Shown piece after piece: positions 39,807 through 53,330 of a DNA stretch of 64,000 bases (the first letter of the stretch is position 1; the number at the start of each line of letters is the position of its first letter). Source of the DNA: Camelus ferus. Lineage: Eukaryota. Where the stretch lies: positions 99,822,001 through 99,886,000 of the forward strand of contig NC_045696.1 in the NCBI RefSeq assembly GCF_009834535.1, read 5' to 3'. A program made the position numbers and the translations under genes. The notes below the pieces were generated by a model, which ran no database searches, was not told the DNA's origin, and saw only the letters and a list, made by a program, of their open reading frames with translations.

Positions 39807-40157
39807 CAGCACTGTCTTAAGAGAAAGAAACATATTGTGAGCTACCCATGTAATTTTAAATGTCCTAGTGGCCACATTTTAAAAAGTAAAAGGAAATAGC
39901 TGGCACTAGTATATTAATTATAAGATATGTTATATTTTATTGAACCCAATAGATCCAAAATATTCATTTTAGCATATTACCCAAGCAAAAATTATTCAGA
40001 AAATATTTTGGGTTTTTTTAATTTAGAGCAAATTTTCGAAATCTAGTGCATATTTAACACTTCCAACATAGCTCAATCAATTAAAAAAACTACACAACCC
40101 TCATTTTGAATGCTCGATACCTTGTGTGGCTAGTGGCCATCATGTTGGGCAGCATAG
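39807..40157. mobile_element. MER33-like hAT MITE
   Basis: atgtaattttaaatgtcctagtggccacattttaaaaagtaaaag..tgtggctagtggccatcatgttgggcagcatag. Confidence 0.8.
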
Positions 40158-43100
40158 GTCTGGAATCTAGAGGTCACTTGAAGTGTCATGTTATCAGAAT
40201 GAATGCTATGTATATGCAAAACCACAGACACATACTGTAGCTTCCTGATTGGTTTCCTTGTTTTCTGGAAACTCCAGAAATTCTTATCTCTCTCCAAATT
40301 CTTATCCTATCAATAAGCAGACCAACAATATGACTAAAAAGTTAAACAATGTGGACTATAATTTACATCCCTTTATGAACCAGTCCCGATTTTTCCTACA
40401 CCTAACTTGCTACTTTATTTCTGTATCAAAGTTCTCCCCCAGCCTGAGAGTTTTCATTACTGTCCTGGAACATGTTGACTTATCCTTCTAGGAGCAGGTA
40501 TCCTTTGCAAGGGGTAAAATGTTCTAGGGAGCCAAATGTTATAATGTTTGTTATAACAAACTGTTTCCATATTTTGGGTGAAGACAGAAGTCATGGTTCT
40601 GGAAGTTCTCTTATCCTCAGACTCCCTATATCTGCTTAAAGAAACAAGAAAAAGAGGCTTCCATTGAAAAATATATGTTCTTCCTGCCAAAACTTCCAAA
40701 TTTTGAACATTCACATTTAATCTACTAACTCCTATTTTACTCTATATTTGGTCTGAAACTTAAATCCCATGTAAACCTTGAAAAGATAAAATACGCAAAT
40801 GCCATACATTGAAAACTCCTCAAACAAATTCAGAAAATCAATTAACTTTCAAAATATTTTTTGTTTTAACAATTTACATGCCAGTTGTCTGGGATTCCCA
40901 TTTTTATAATAATATGAACATAGTTTCATGATTTTTAACCATAAATTAAGTTTAACATTAAAAAATTTGTACTCACGGTAATACATAATGAAAAGGATTG
41001 AAAAACACTTGAAAATGGCAATGTTTCTCAGCTTAATGAGGAAGCAAGCCAAGTTATGTTTTAAAATTATTATATCTGGATTAAATATAAATTGGTTTGA
41101 ATTTTTGTACCAATTTAGGAATGTGTGAATATATTGAAATAGTGAAAAACTGATGAGTATTTTCTCTTAAGAAATTAGATCCACCAAGGATATAAGGTGA
41201 GGCTCAAACTCACTGCTAGTACTGTTGTAATAAAACAAATATGCTTTTGACTTTAGGGAAATGTTCTTATCAGAAGAAAATTTAGGGTTTTTACTATAAA
41301 ATAAAATACTTGCCTTCCTAGAGAAAACCAAAAACGTGACATCATAATGCCCCCTATTGTTTAAAATGGGAAATGCATTAGGAATAGTTCCCAAAGTATA
41401 TACAAATAAATGGACATTAGGGTAACTTGTGGTGACTTTCAGAGCAGCTACAAACATTAAAAAATAAATAAATCTCCTGGGCTTTTAAAAGAGCATTTCC
41501 AGATAGCTTAAGCTTTGTACCTTGTATAATCTGCCTCCAAGAAGGGAAATTCTAAGAGCTCCAGAAGCTACAAATTAAAATACAATTGTGTGACAATAAC
41601 AGTAAGCTTATTTTCATGTCTGTATTAAATTAATATGCTTATATATTCATTTCATTAACATAATGACCCAACAGACACTATACCCGCCCCCAAATACTTA
41701 AGCATCACATGAAAATAGTCCCAAATACCAGCTGTCCCAGAGGAAAGAGGAAGATGTGATAGATGGACTGGCCACATGATGGCAACATTTCACCACATAA
41801 ATGCAAATACACCACCATTTGACACTGGAAAGCCCCTGGATTTAAAGAAAGAACTTAAGATAGGGAGTAAGTAAAGGCTTCCTTTCCTATAGTACTTTAC
41901 TACTTTCATAGTACTACTTCAGTTGCTCTATAATAAAGTAAATATTACCTAAAATCTTACAAGTATGTAGATACTCATTTTATTTTGTGGTCAAGTATAT
42001 CACTCTCACATATAATTTGGTTTACACGCAATGCATACTTTATTTCTACCTTTTAAAACACTTCGTTAAATTTAAATTCCAATGTGTGAGGGATTTGTTG
42101 CTTTTTCCCCTTGGAACAGTTAGGTATTATTGAAGACTGTCATAGAGTAGGGCTGTCTTTGCAACCTATTCTTAATCTATGCCTCAGCTCAGCTCCTCCC
42201 GCAACCCCTCCCTGGTGGGAAAATCCTACAGAATCCTTCTGGACTCTACAGCTGTTCCTGGCATCCAAACTGCAAACAACCCTGGAACTGGAGGAAACCT
42301 GATTATGCTTCAGTGGAAACAGCTAGAGTGGGGGAATAAGGCATTCCAGTTCTCCTGACAGCTGGGCCCAAAGTGGTTTTCTAAGATAATCTTCAATTGT
42401 CTTTACTACTGACAATTAAACAGTTAGATCTACAACATTTAAAAGAACCAAGAAGTAATATTTGATTAAACAATTATGATAAAGATAAAAGCAAGTGATA
42501 CACTCTTCTACCAAGTAGATACCTTCAGGTCACATTTCTGTATACAGTGGAAGTTAACCCAGTTTCTGAAGTCTCCTGATATGTGTACTAGTCATTCATG
42601 CACATCTGTAAGATGATAATGGCTGATAACTTCTCTGTTCATTAACATGTAGACCAGATCAAAGACGCAATGCTCCTAGAAATCAGCTAGCATCCTTGTA
42701 TTATTCTATGGTCAGAGAGTAGGGCTCCAGCCCTCTCACAGATGGGGACCCTGAGTCATCAGGAAGAGCCAGACAGGAAAAACAGCAACATCTTTTTGTA
42801 AACTCAGCACTGCTATTGGAAGAACAGTACAACCACCACATTCCAAAAACTGACCAATGACAACATTTTGGCTTAAAACTCCTATCATTCAAACATGAGT
42901 TATAAAACAATGGGTGTAAAAAAATACGTAATTGAGACTAAGTTACAATTTGCATAACATGTTAATAATGGCTCAAAGGGATGTTAGTAATGCATTCCAA
43001 GGAAATAATTAGACATAAAATAGTTATGATTTGACATAATAAGTAACCTAGGCTATGTGAACATCACAGTCAATTAAATATATATATGCATAGCTATGTA

Positions 43101-43807
43101 TTTATTAAATCCACACATATGTTTGAAATGACAGAGCAAAGATGAAAGAAAACATACTGAATTATTCATAAAAGTTTTTGTACTCTTACCCTACTAGTAC
43201 TCAGATCCCAAAACCAGTACTCCCAGAGAAACTGATGGGGCAAATACAGTATAGTGATTCAAACATAATAGAGGACCATTACACATGTTTGTGAAATAAT
43301 GGTATATTTTCTGGTTGCCACTAATGTGACAACATATTCCTAAAAATAAACTCATGTCTTGAGGAAAATTTGTATTATCAGTAATTTACTTTTAAATCAT
43401 AGGCAACCAAAAATGTTAGGAAGCTTGGCCAGCCTGTTCCATAGATCAGCGATCTGTGGAAATATCAATAATCTTAATCTACAAGCAAGACAAATAATAT
43501 GTAAAGAAGCAAAGGTTAAGTTTTGTGCTGCTTACCTGTTGTAGGGGGAAAAATTAAAAGATCTGTTCAGGGAAATTTTGTTCATTGGCGGTAAGAAGCA
43601 CACACGTATAAACACTGGGGTTCTCATCACTTTGAGTAGTATATATGTGTTTCCAAATAATTATAATTAAACAAATTATAATTTTCATTTTATACTATTT
43701 ATATCTTACAAGAATAAATTTATCACTTACCTCTTAAATGTTATTTCATAAAATTCCTCTGAAACCTCAAGATAACGTAATAATTTTGTCTCTATAGCAT
43801 ATGTTCT

Positions 43808-43824
43808 CACCACTAGGTGGCTCT
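43808..43824 (+). promoter_or_regulatory. Candidate CTCF site
   Basis: caCCACTAGGTGGCtct matches the CTCF core CCASYAGRKGGC exactly; motif only. Confidence 0.4.
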
Positions 43825-43999
43825 ATTATGAAAGTGCCCCTTAATTTAAAAATTATGTATATTTATTGTTCTTTTCAGTGTATCATACAGGAAAAACAAA
43901 AATAAATAAACAAATTTTTAAAAGTTATTTTAGCATAATGAATATTAGCTCACTGTTCTGTGGCGGCTATTAGAGAACATTCTGTTACCTACATACAGA

Positions 44000-44500
44000 T
44001 GTGTTAGGATAACTAGGCCACACATTCCACGGAAGCCAACTCATAGTGGCCCAAACAGACAGGATATGTATCGGCCTGCACAACAGGCAGTCCAGGGTTG
44101 AAAAATCTATCTGTTCTATTGTGTCACTAAAGACCTACTCTCTTGGTCTCTCTCCATTCTGCCCTCAACAGCTTAAAGCTAAAATAGCTTCCAACCTCCT
44201 GGTTTTAAGGTGGTCCTCAGGACCAATCAAAGCCACGTTTCTTTGTTCATGACAGATCAACAGGAAGAAAGCACCTCTGCCCCAACAGCACAAAAAATTT
44301 CCATTCTATTGGACTAATCAGGCCACTTAGGTTACATGCCATCCTAAACCAATCACTGTCCCCGGGGGAAGGCAATGACTTGCCTGGCTTCTGCCTGAGT
44401 TCCCGAACACTGAGAAGAGGAAGAGAATTTCCGTGATTGCCTTGGACCTCTCAAGCTTGACTCTTGGATTTAGACGATTTGATAAACTGCACGGCAGCTA
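44000..44500 (-). mobile_element. Old MaLR (MLT1-type) LTR
   Basis: ctattggactaat..ggttacatgccatcctaaaccaatcactgtccccggggg is a typical antisense MLT1 segment. Confidence 0.5.
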
Positions 44501-45115
44501 CACTGTGTGTGACAGATGTACAGAGGTTTGAAAGTTGACAGCAATCTTGAGTCCCCCACTGAATAAATACACCATCCAGCTTAAATTACCTACCATTCAT
44601 ACCTGATATTTACTATCTCAATTCTGAGTCAATATCTTTTAATATATTTTCATTTAGAAAAGGATTTTCCTTTGAAGGATTTTCTCCTCAAGAAAAAGTT
44701 GCCTTCAATGCCTGAGAATATCCTTTTATAAGATATAGATAAAATATGTACCCAATTTGATGAATAGACATGAAGAAAACATATAACTTTCAAAGTGGTA
44801 TATATATTTAATTCTACTCTCCACACATAGTCTGTATTTATATTTGTATACACGTGCTTTCCCAATAATTTAACTGTTACCTTAATTATCCTTTCTAGTT
44901 AAATAGATTAATAGATATTTGGATATTTACAGCTTTTTTGTTTTGTTTTTTACCATTACAAATTGTAGCCGGACTTTAAATAATACTCAGAGAAGGGAGG
45001 GAGATGAGTCTGGGAACTAGGCAAGAAACAGAATTGGTAAAGCTTTGAAGGCCATAGTAAGAATTTCAGTCTTTATTCTCAGGACAGTCACAATCATTGA
45101 AAAGTCTCAAGCAGA

Positions 45116-45177
45116 AATTGACACAACATTGTAAAATGACTGTAACTCAATAAAAAAAAAATGTTAAAAAAAAAAAA
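45116..45177 (+). mobile_element. Minimal young L1 3'-terminal insertion (62 bp) with 17-bp TSD, inside an L2 remnant
   Basis: aattgacacaacattgtaaaatgactgtaactcaataaaa...; perfect TSD gaaaagtctcaagcaga at 45099-45115 and 45178-45194. Confidence 0.93.
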
Positions 45178-46109
45178 GAAAAGTCTCAAGCAGAGGACTG
45201 ACATGATAAGCCATTTGTTTGGTCTAAGACCATGTGAAGTGAAGAAGGCCAGCTCAGGAGGGTGACTACAACATGAATTGCAAAGGTAGCTCTCTGTTAG
45301 GAAGATCATTTCTATTTATGGAGTATGTCCTTTGCTTCCTCTGAAGCCTCCAATTTGAAATAACTTCCAAGACAGCAGGTAGATATAGCCAACTAGAGTC
45401 TGCAAGATACTTCAAAATAGGTTTCCAAGATTCAGATTTTAACTTTATATTACATGGTCCCAGTACATGTATTTATTTAACATTTCAGAATATATAAAAA
45501 AATCCCATACAGATTATAAATTTAAAACATGCAGAGTAATTTCTAGATGGACTCCAAGACTGAAATCAGAAATAGCTTTGTGGTCAATGACAGAGAGTCT
45601 TGAAGGTCATTTAGTTTTTCAGAATCTGTAAAGCTTTTTCAACGCCATGTCATTAGCTCTCCTGTGGTATGACACAGTAGCGCTCATAATGAAGTTATGT
45701 CTGATGTAGTTAAAGAGAGATATTGCTTTTTCCCCCAGAAGGTCTTTTTAGACTTTATTATAGTCCTTTTCATTGTGCAGTTGGATGGATTCGCGTGGCA
45801 GCAGCCAACAGTAAATTATCAATACAAGTTCTCTGTCTCACTTAGTAAGAGCCAGACTTTCTATCAATTAACCAAATACTGAATTTCATAAACATATTTA
45901 CATATTTTAAAGAATATGTAGTGTTTCCAGGCAAAGACTCGGGTTCTTTTGTTGTTGTTGTTGTTGTTGTTTTTATTTAAGTGGCTTAAAGAACAACCTA
46001 CAGATCATCAAGCATTCAGACCCTCAGGAATACTCACCACCAAGTAAGTAATCAAGATATGCTGAGGTGAGACCGGAGGGCCAGGGAGATTTGGGATGGA
46101 TTTTGTAGG

Positions 46110-46672
46110 AGGAAAAGGATGAGCACCAATGGGATCAACTGCAGTGACTGAGACTGTAGTTCATCCCATAAATTTCTCTCTTTCACTTTTCCCCTCAGGA
46201 AGGCAGGACCATGGGAACCATGGAGAGGGTCCTCCCCAAATTCGTGTGGAGAAGGAAATCTGTGCGGAGCAAGTGGTGGCCTGTGGCAGCCATGAAAATG
46301 GACTAGTCAATCTCTTGCTGAACGAAGTGGAATTGACCGGTGGCCCAAGGTGTTGCATTCGAAATCCACCAACATGACTGTGCTGAGGTCACACTTCGCA
46401 CGAGCTGCTTCCCACAAAAGACTAGACACAGAAGGGACTCCTCTGATGGGGGTTCAGCTCAGGTACTCCCCACCAGCTTAGCTGAAACTTTCTTCAAACT
46501 CTCTCCTTCCTTCTTTCTCTCCACAGGAGTCCAAACTACACTAGAATCTGAAGGCTTTCCCCACCTCCGCCAGCCCCAACCCATTTGTTCCTCGCAGATG
46601 TGTCCTTCAATATATTTCTTGCACACCTACGCCATTTTGCTGTCTGCCTCTTTGAGGACCCAAACTAACACA
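46110..46672 (+). mobile_element. ERVL LTR (LTR33/LTR41-like)
   Basis: Ends caatatatttcttgcacacctacgccattttgctgtctgcctctttgaggacccaaactaacaca, a typical LTR33-group 3' end. The 5' boundary is approximate. Confidence 0.6.
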
Positions 46673-46849
46673 GAGTCATCGTTAGTAAGTACAGAAAGAA
46701 TAAAAGACGTTCTATTAAGTAAGCCATTACCAATAGTGTCAGCAGTGACCTTCATTAGCTCTCTTGGATGTAATCGTCATTAAACCTGCGAATGTGTGTC
46801 AGAAAGAGAAGCTGTGTAGTCTACCTCACAGTAGTTCTATAGCTCAACA

Positions 46850-47763
46850 GTGAGATTTTATTGCAATTTTCTTGAGGTCAGAGCCAAAATTAAAACTTTT
46901 GTGATCAAGAAGAACTGCCCTCAACCACTATGTTTGAACACTGAATGAATTTGGAGACTACATTTTGCAGTAGACTTGATAATGTTTCTTAATTAATTTG
47001 ACCCAAAATTACAAGGCAAAATTATAAGTACTGATATCAGTACTTATATGCAAAACTTGCACTGCAGGAGTGTCATTTCGATGGCAACTAATATTGTTTG
47101 AATCATAAATAATGTCAAGTTGTTTTATACACTTCCTAGGTTGTCAAAAGTTAAGATAAAAAGGAACACCTCCATTACCACATATTCCTGAAGAAGATAC
47201 ACTTTTAAGCTCAACCTAAGTTCCAGTAGTTCCAGGTTCTAAGGAAATTTCCATATTTCAAAATTCAGTTAACTGTAAAAGTGAGGAGTTTCCACCCAAC
47301 CTTTAATTGGAAGTGAACCATCTGAAATGTAATGACATTCCAAAAGGCAAATATCTAGAGAAGGATCTAACGGAATTCTATAAGTGCCTTTCATATGCTC
47401 AGGGGTTAATATCAGTATTTGGCAGAACCCATCTCTGTGAAAAGACATTTTCAAAGATGAAACACATAAAATCTCATTACAGGTCAGCATTGATAGATGA
47501 ACACTTGAAGCTGACTTTGATGATAGGAAATACTCACTTTGAACCCAATAAATGAAATATGATTCCCAAAGGAAAATTCCATTATTCTAACTAATATACT
47601 TGTATTATCCAAAAAATGTCTTCCATTATTACGTTTTGAATTTCATCAATAAGATTTGTGGACTCCTGTTTCCTCATTTGTTATATAATGACCTCTATAA
47701 TAGTCCCAGTTTTGCCTCTTAGACCACAAAGCCTAAAATATTTCATTCCTGACTCTTTACAGT
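46850..47763 (+). mobile_element. hAT-Charlie transposon 3' remnant (transposase dimerisation-domain region + MER58-like subterminus)
   Basis: ORF 47307-47555 contains ISVFGRTHLCEKTFSKMKHIKSHYRSALIDEHL, a hAT C-terminal motif; the end ttttgcctcttagaccacaaagcctaaaatattt..ctttacag resembles MER58/Cheshire/Charlie2. Confidence 0.85.
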
Positions 47764-50459
47764 GTAGGTTATCAGTATGGAAGATTCCATAACTAGAAAC
47801 TAGAAACCATACACAATGCCTTGATTGTTTTCCCTTGTATTTTGATATTAATTAAATATACTCCATTTTCCGGGGTTCTATTTGAGAACAATTCTGTGGT
47901 ACCTTCAAATACAAACATGTTTGCAGCAAAACAGCTACGTGAGTGGAAAAGTTCTAGGAGGAGCTTCAAATGATGCCATTAAGATTTTCACAGCCCAGTT
48001 CCCTTAATCTTATACTGCCCGAAGCCATCATTTGTGGCTTGACACTAGACAAAATTATTTGAAATTGTTCAACATGCTACATTATAGTAGCACTCTTAAG
48101 GATATCAGATGCACTATTAATCTCATCTATAAATTATATTGTTGCCTAAAATGTTCTAGCTGTATTTAAGATAAGCTTCAAAATATGAGAATATACCAGT
48201 AGCAGCAATCTAGAGTAAAATATATGGCTATGCAGAAATCATGTTTGGGCAGAACAGGAAATTATTTACAGATCCTACAGGCTTTTCTTCCTGGTCCTAC
48301 CCTGTGGCATAACAGATTTTCATAAGGTGGCGAGAGAAACTTTGGAAGTGAGATAAATATGCAGTTTATACTCAACAGAAAGTTTAATAGTATAAAATAC
48401 TAAATGAATTTGTAGCCACATTAATAATCTTTAAAAGATGCAACCTTAGAAGTATGGTACCACTAACCATGAGGCTTTGAAAAAATATACACATCCAAAA
48501 TAAAGCTTTAAATTAAAAATAATGAATATTCATTATATTACTCTTCTGGATGGAATTTCCTGAGTATTATTAAGATTATAAAACAAATTAGACTGAGTTT
48601 GTTCATTTTATTTTTAATTTTTTAGAAGATAAATGTTTTGTTAGAATTCATTCATCTCAAACTTATTCCTTCAGCATGCTAATTAATAAAGCAGGATCAT
48701 GGTTTGTTAGTTAAAATAAGATACTTCAGAGAATTGAAATTAATTTTGAAGTTCTAGTAGGTACCCTGATATCTATCAATCTCCCAGATGATTTGTTAGC
48801 ATTGTAAGAAGTGGGTAAAGGCATTCTTAGCTTGACTTTGGCAAAAGTGAGAAGAAATTATCCATTTTAGGCTAATCACAATGGGTGAGGAAGATTAATG
48901 TAGTTTTTCATTAAGACTAATCTCCATGGATATGTTAGAAATTTCAGAATAAGCTTTCAAATGCTATATATCTAAGTCATTTGTTCAAATGTGATCCAGT
49001 TTAATAGTTACTGAAAGCTATAACCATCTGGCAGATGTTTTCTGGCCTATGTGAAATGAGTTGAGGGGCTCATTTCTATTTCTATTGAACACATGTCCAG
49101 GTCACCAGAAATACCACCGCAATTTGCACCCTAATTAGCAATCTCAAGCATGTTGTGGGCTGCATGGTAATGGAACATGGGCTACTCTCCAAATTTAGAA
49201 ATGAATCTATTCAGATACAAATAGAAATGCCCTTGTAGGGTCAGCATCAAGAGAGCTTGCATTTCTGTGTAGTGTAAATTTCAAAAACAAAAAGATTTTT
49301 TTTTTTTTTTGCTGAAGGGATTCATTTGACAATTTCTCTGAAACATTGTTCCTCACTAGTAATTGTTTGATAAAATCCAGAGCAACACATTTATTATCAT
49401 CATGGCTCTAAACATTTTGAGGAAAACAGACCCCTCTGAGAATCTGATAAAAGCTCCAAGAGCCTACCCAATAAAAGTAACTTGTGTACATATACCAACA
49501 TTTATATGCAATACCAAAGACTCTGCAGAAGACCCTCACCCTAATGCAAGTAAAGATCTCAGAAATTACAATCAAGATATCCACTGTGATGTGCAGACTA
49601 GTATCAATGAATACGTTTTTTCATTAAAATAATAGGCCCAATAAAAACACATGGAATTTCTAAATAAAAAGATTCAGTAAAATGGTCACTTCTTTCATAT
49701 GGTAGTTGGAATGGTACCAATCAATCCCAGATGCTTAAGCTGGTAATTCTCGCACATCTGAGGCTATCTTTCTGTAAGTATATTGCTGTGGTCCTCTAGG
49801 CTATACATTTAGCAAAAGTCACTGCATTTTACATGAGCCCTTCCATTGTGTTCAGAAATTTTGAATACCTGCTTTGAAAGACTAAAAGGAATGTCCTTGA
49901 CATGCAAGAAAAATAATTACACAAGTATGAAAATGAAACTCAGGGGAAAAAACAAGAATTTTCTTTGTACATCAAATATGTATAATATTTAGGTGGGTAT
50001 ATTGCACTTGGAAAAAATCTGCTCATTTAAGTCAACTAAACTGTAATGAGTTTGAAAGAGGCACAGACAGGATAGAAGGGGTTGCTTCCCTTTTGACACA
50101 ATGAGTGAGGGACAAACATGAGGAAACAGGCAGTGATGGCACCACATGGGAGCAGCCATGATGAGGAAGGACAAGAAGCCCTTACGGGGTAAACCTGCAA
50201 GGGTGCTCAGCGTCTCTGGACCTAGAGCTCCTGGAGGGCCGTGTGTATTTTATCTGATTCTAATTCCCACGTCCAGCATGATGACTGGCCAATAGAATGG
50301 CACGTAATGGAGATTTTGTGTTGACAATTCAACTTGTTATGGAGTCGGTGGTTGGTGACGGTGTGTATGTAAAACTTATAAAGCATCAGAGCTTTTTGAA
50401 TAATTAATATGTATAATCATTTATACATTTTAATAAAATGTGTTATACAAATCTAAAGA

Positions 50460-50960
50460 TCAGAAGAGAGGTAAGGACTAATATTATAAATTTTGGAGTT
50501 GACAGAAATTAGAGTCAGCATGTGGGTAAGATTGTTCAAGGAGAGAGTACAGAACGAAAAAATAAAAAAGAAGACCAAGGATGGAGACTAGGTAACTTCA
50601 AAATTAAAATTTAGGTAAATACAAGAATGCCCTCAGAGTAATAAACGCAAAACCAGGAAGAAATAATATCAAATAAGTCAAAGAAGGAAAGTGTTTTGAA
50701 ACAGGGAGTTGTCAACCCAGTCGAGTGCCAAGAGAGGTCAAATGAATAAGAATTTCAAAGCATATTTAGGTTTGGAAACCAGAAGGCCATATGTTACTTT
50801 GGAGACAGCCATTTCAGAGCAGTGATAGACCATTGAATTATGAAGCAGAACCCAGATTGCGTTTGTCTAGGCAGAGAAAGGCAGGCAGTGGGTGGGCAGA
50901 GGAAGTTGAGAAGACAAATACTGATGTATACTTCAGGAAGCTTCTATTCAAACAAAGGAG
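50460..50960 (-). mobile_element. L2 fragment
   Basis: atcagaagagagg..aaattttggagttgacag..caagagaggtcaaatgaataag..agccatttcag..gaacccagattg. Confidence 0.6.
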
Positions 50961-51785
50961 ACAAAGACTCCAGCATTGCAAATGACACAGGCACAGATGA
51001 GGGAAATATTGCTCCAGATTTTCCTTCATGTCACTTCAATTCCTGCACCAAGTATAAATCTGCACACAGATTTAAGAAATCTCTGCCAGGAAAGGGAGGT
51101 CAATTAAGCGTCACAGCGAATTACCAGAAGTGGTTTGTGGAATCACATTTCCTCTAGGTTTATCTGTCCAAATTATTTGTAAGATATGCCTGAGGGTAAG
51201 GAGGTAAAACACCTAAATCCTGGAGACCCCTGACAACTCTGCAGCACCAGCATTCATTTTTTTGTTTTGTTTTGTTTTGTTTTACTTGAATTAGCCTTCT
51301 GAGAAGCAACTTAGAAAGGCCAATGTAACATTTCTCAGATTCTTTCTGGTTATAAAGAATATAAAAAAACGAGGGGCAAAATTAGAAACAGAAACACAGA
51401 CGCCCTTACCTTAATTTCTTCATCTGCAAATACTCGAAGCCAAATTCTACCACAGTTGTCACATTCCTTCCTTGCCGTTGTTTATTTCTACTTTAACATA
51501 ATTGGTTTTAGTCTATGAGTTCTCTTGTATGTTAATGCATGCAAATATAAATGAATTAAATCAGCCCAAGAATAAAACTAGATGAAAACTCATGTGATCT
51601 CCCGCCTTTTTTTTTTTTTTTTTTGGCTAAATATAACAAAATATAACAAAAAGGACAGAACATAAATAAATAAACAAAAAATATAAATAAAACAAAAAGG
51701 ACATGGTGGGCTTCTGTGAGATGTCCTATGGTCTCCTTCTTTGGTAATCTCATTTTAGTTACAAACACAAGAGAAAAATTGTTTT

Positions 51786-52262
51786 GGAAATCCTGCCTTT
51801 TGGGACAACACGGATGCAACTTGAGGGCATCCTGCTAAGAGAAATAAGCCAGAGAGAGAAAGACAAATGCTGTATAGCACTTATATGTGGAATCTGGAAA
51901 AAGCTGAACTCATAAAACAGAAAGCAGCAATGGTGGTTCCAGGTAATGAGTTTGGGGTGAGGAGGGAAAATGGCGAGGTGTTGTTTAAGGGTACAAAATA
52001 AATATGTCCAGGAGGGCTGACATGCCACATAGTGATTGTAGTCAACAATACTGTATTATAATCTTCAAAGTTGCTAAAAGACTAGATCTTAATAGTCCCC
52101 ACTGCAAAAAAAGAAATGATAATTGTGTGACGTGACAGAGGTGTTAGCTAACTCTATGGTGCTAATCAGATTACAATATATACATGTATCAAATCAACAT
52201 TTTGTATACCTTAAATTTGCACGACATTATATGTCAATTACATTTCAACTAAAAAAATAATA
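51786..52262 (+). mobile_element. L1MA-type 3' end
   Basis: ggaaatcctgccttttgggacaacacggatg..gaaataagccagagagagaaagacaaatgctgtat..aagttgctaaaagactagatctt..ttatatgtcaatta plus A-tail. Confidence 0.9.
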
Positions 52263-53006
52263 ATAAAGATAGTGATATAAGGAAAGAAAACTGGAATTCT
52301 TTTCTTCAAGTCGTCTTAGTGACAAGGTCACGTAAGGCTCTGTGAAACTGGATAGGCAGAGTTCACACCTCCACCTGCCCGGGCAAAATTACACATCCCT
52401 TCTAGACTCAGCCTAGGCATCAAAATGCAATACTCATACAGTAACTGGACAGATTGTGGCTGCTTGTTATTTCAGTGAATTTCTCAAAACTCTCCTCTTA
52501 GTAAATGTAAGCGGGTGACAAAAAGAGACCCAAAAGAATAGACAAATACCAGGTTTTAAGAAGGAATGTGAAAAATAGCCTCTAGCCTGGGAGATCACCT
52601 TCTCCTCTGTTTCTCTCTTTCACTTTCTGAAAGGACTGCTTGTGTCTGATCACATGTTTGTTTAATGAAGTGTCTGGCTTTAAATGAGTTAATGAACCTT
52701 TGTTCGTGGAACAAAATAGGCAATGCTGGTTTTCATGTGAATAGCAAGCTGATTATTGCTTTATTTCTCCTTAATTATAATATCATTGGGAAGCTTTATT
52801 AGAAGTGATTTTGAGTGAATATTAAGAAACTGGTTACACAATGTTTAGAATTTCTAGACCAGTTGTTCTTAAAGAACTTTCAAACACAGATGAAATCAAA
52901 GATTCTCTGTTTTAAAGGAGAGAAGGGGTCCAGAGTCTCTCTGCCCAGCCTCACTGGGGTCCCACATCCTGCCCTGCCCTTTGTATTCAGAAGCCTTTAG
53001 TAATAT

Positions 53007-53049
53007 AAATCTAGTACGTGTATTTATGTTCACATTCAATTCAGAGAGA
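53007..53049 (+). repeat. 43-bp dispersed direct repeat, copy 1
   Basis: aaatctagtacgtgtatttatgttcacattcaattcagagaga; 42/43 identical to 54877-54919. Confidence 0.95.
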
Positions 53050-53330
53050 CCTGTCTGCCCTTAGAACATGAGGATTTCCCAAGATACATTTTGAAATTCA
53101 CTGACCTAGTCTAGTACCTTCTCACATTCTGTTCCTCTCCTAACGCTGGTTGTTTTATGACTCATAATCACCTTCAACTGTATAGCAAAGAACATGATTG
53201 GAACCAAATTTCATAGAAAACATACACAGCACTTGTAAAATGAGGGAAAATTACTCACCTTGTCAATTTGCTGTGATTAACTAAATTAAACATACATTTA
53301 CTTTTCTCTCATAATGTCAGATGCAAAAGA

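Noticed and set aside
46129..46783. ORF cluster (82 and 147 aa); likewise 57077-57523
   Set aside because: These lie over LTR sequence with no gag/pol/env or host-protein similarity.
51405..51480. Minus-strand ECDNCGRIWLRVFADEEIK ending at a donor (CxxC-like coding exon)
   Set aside because: In-frame stops lie just upstream, there is no good acceptor, and part of it resembles a MIR core.
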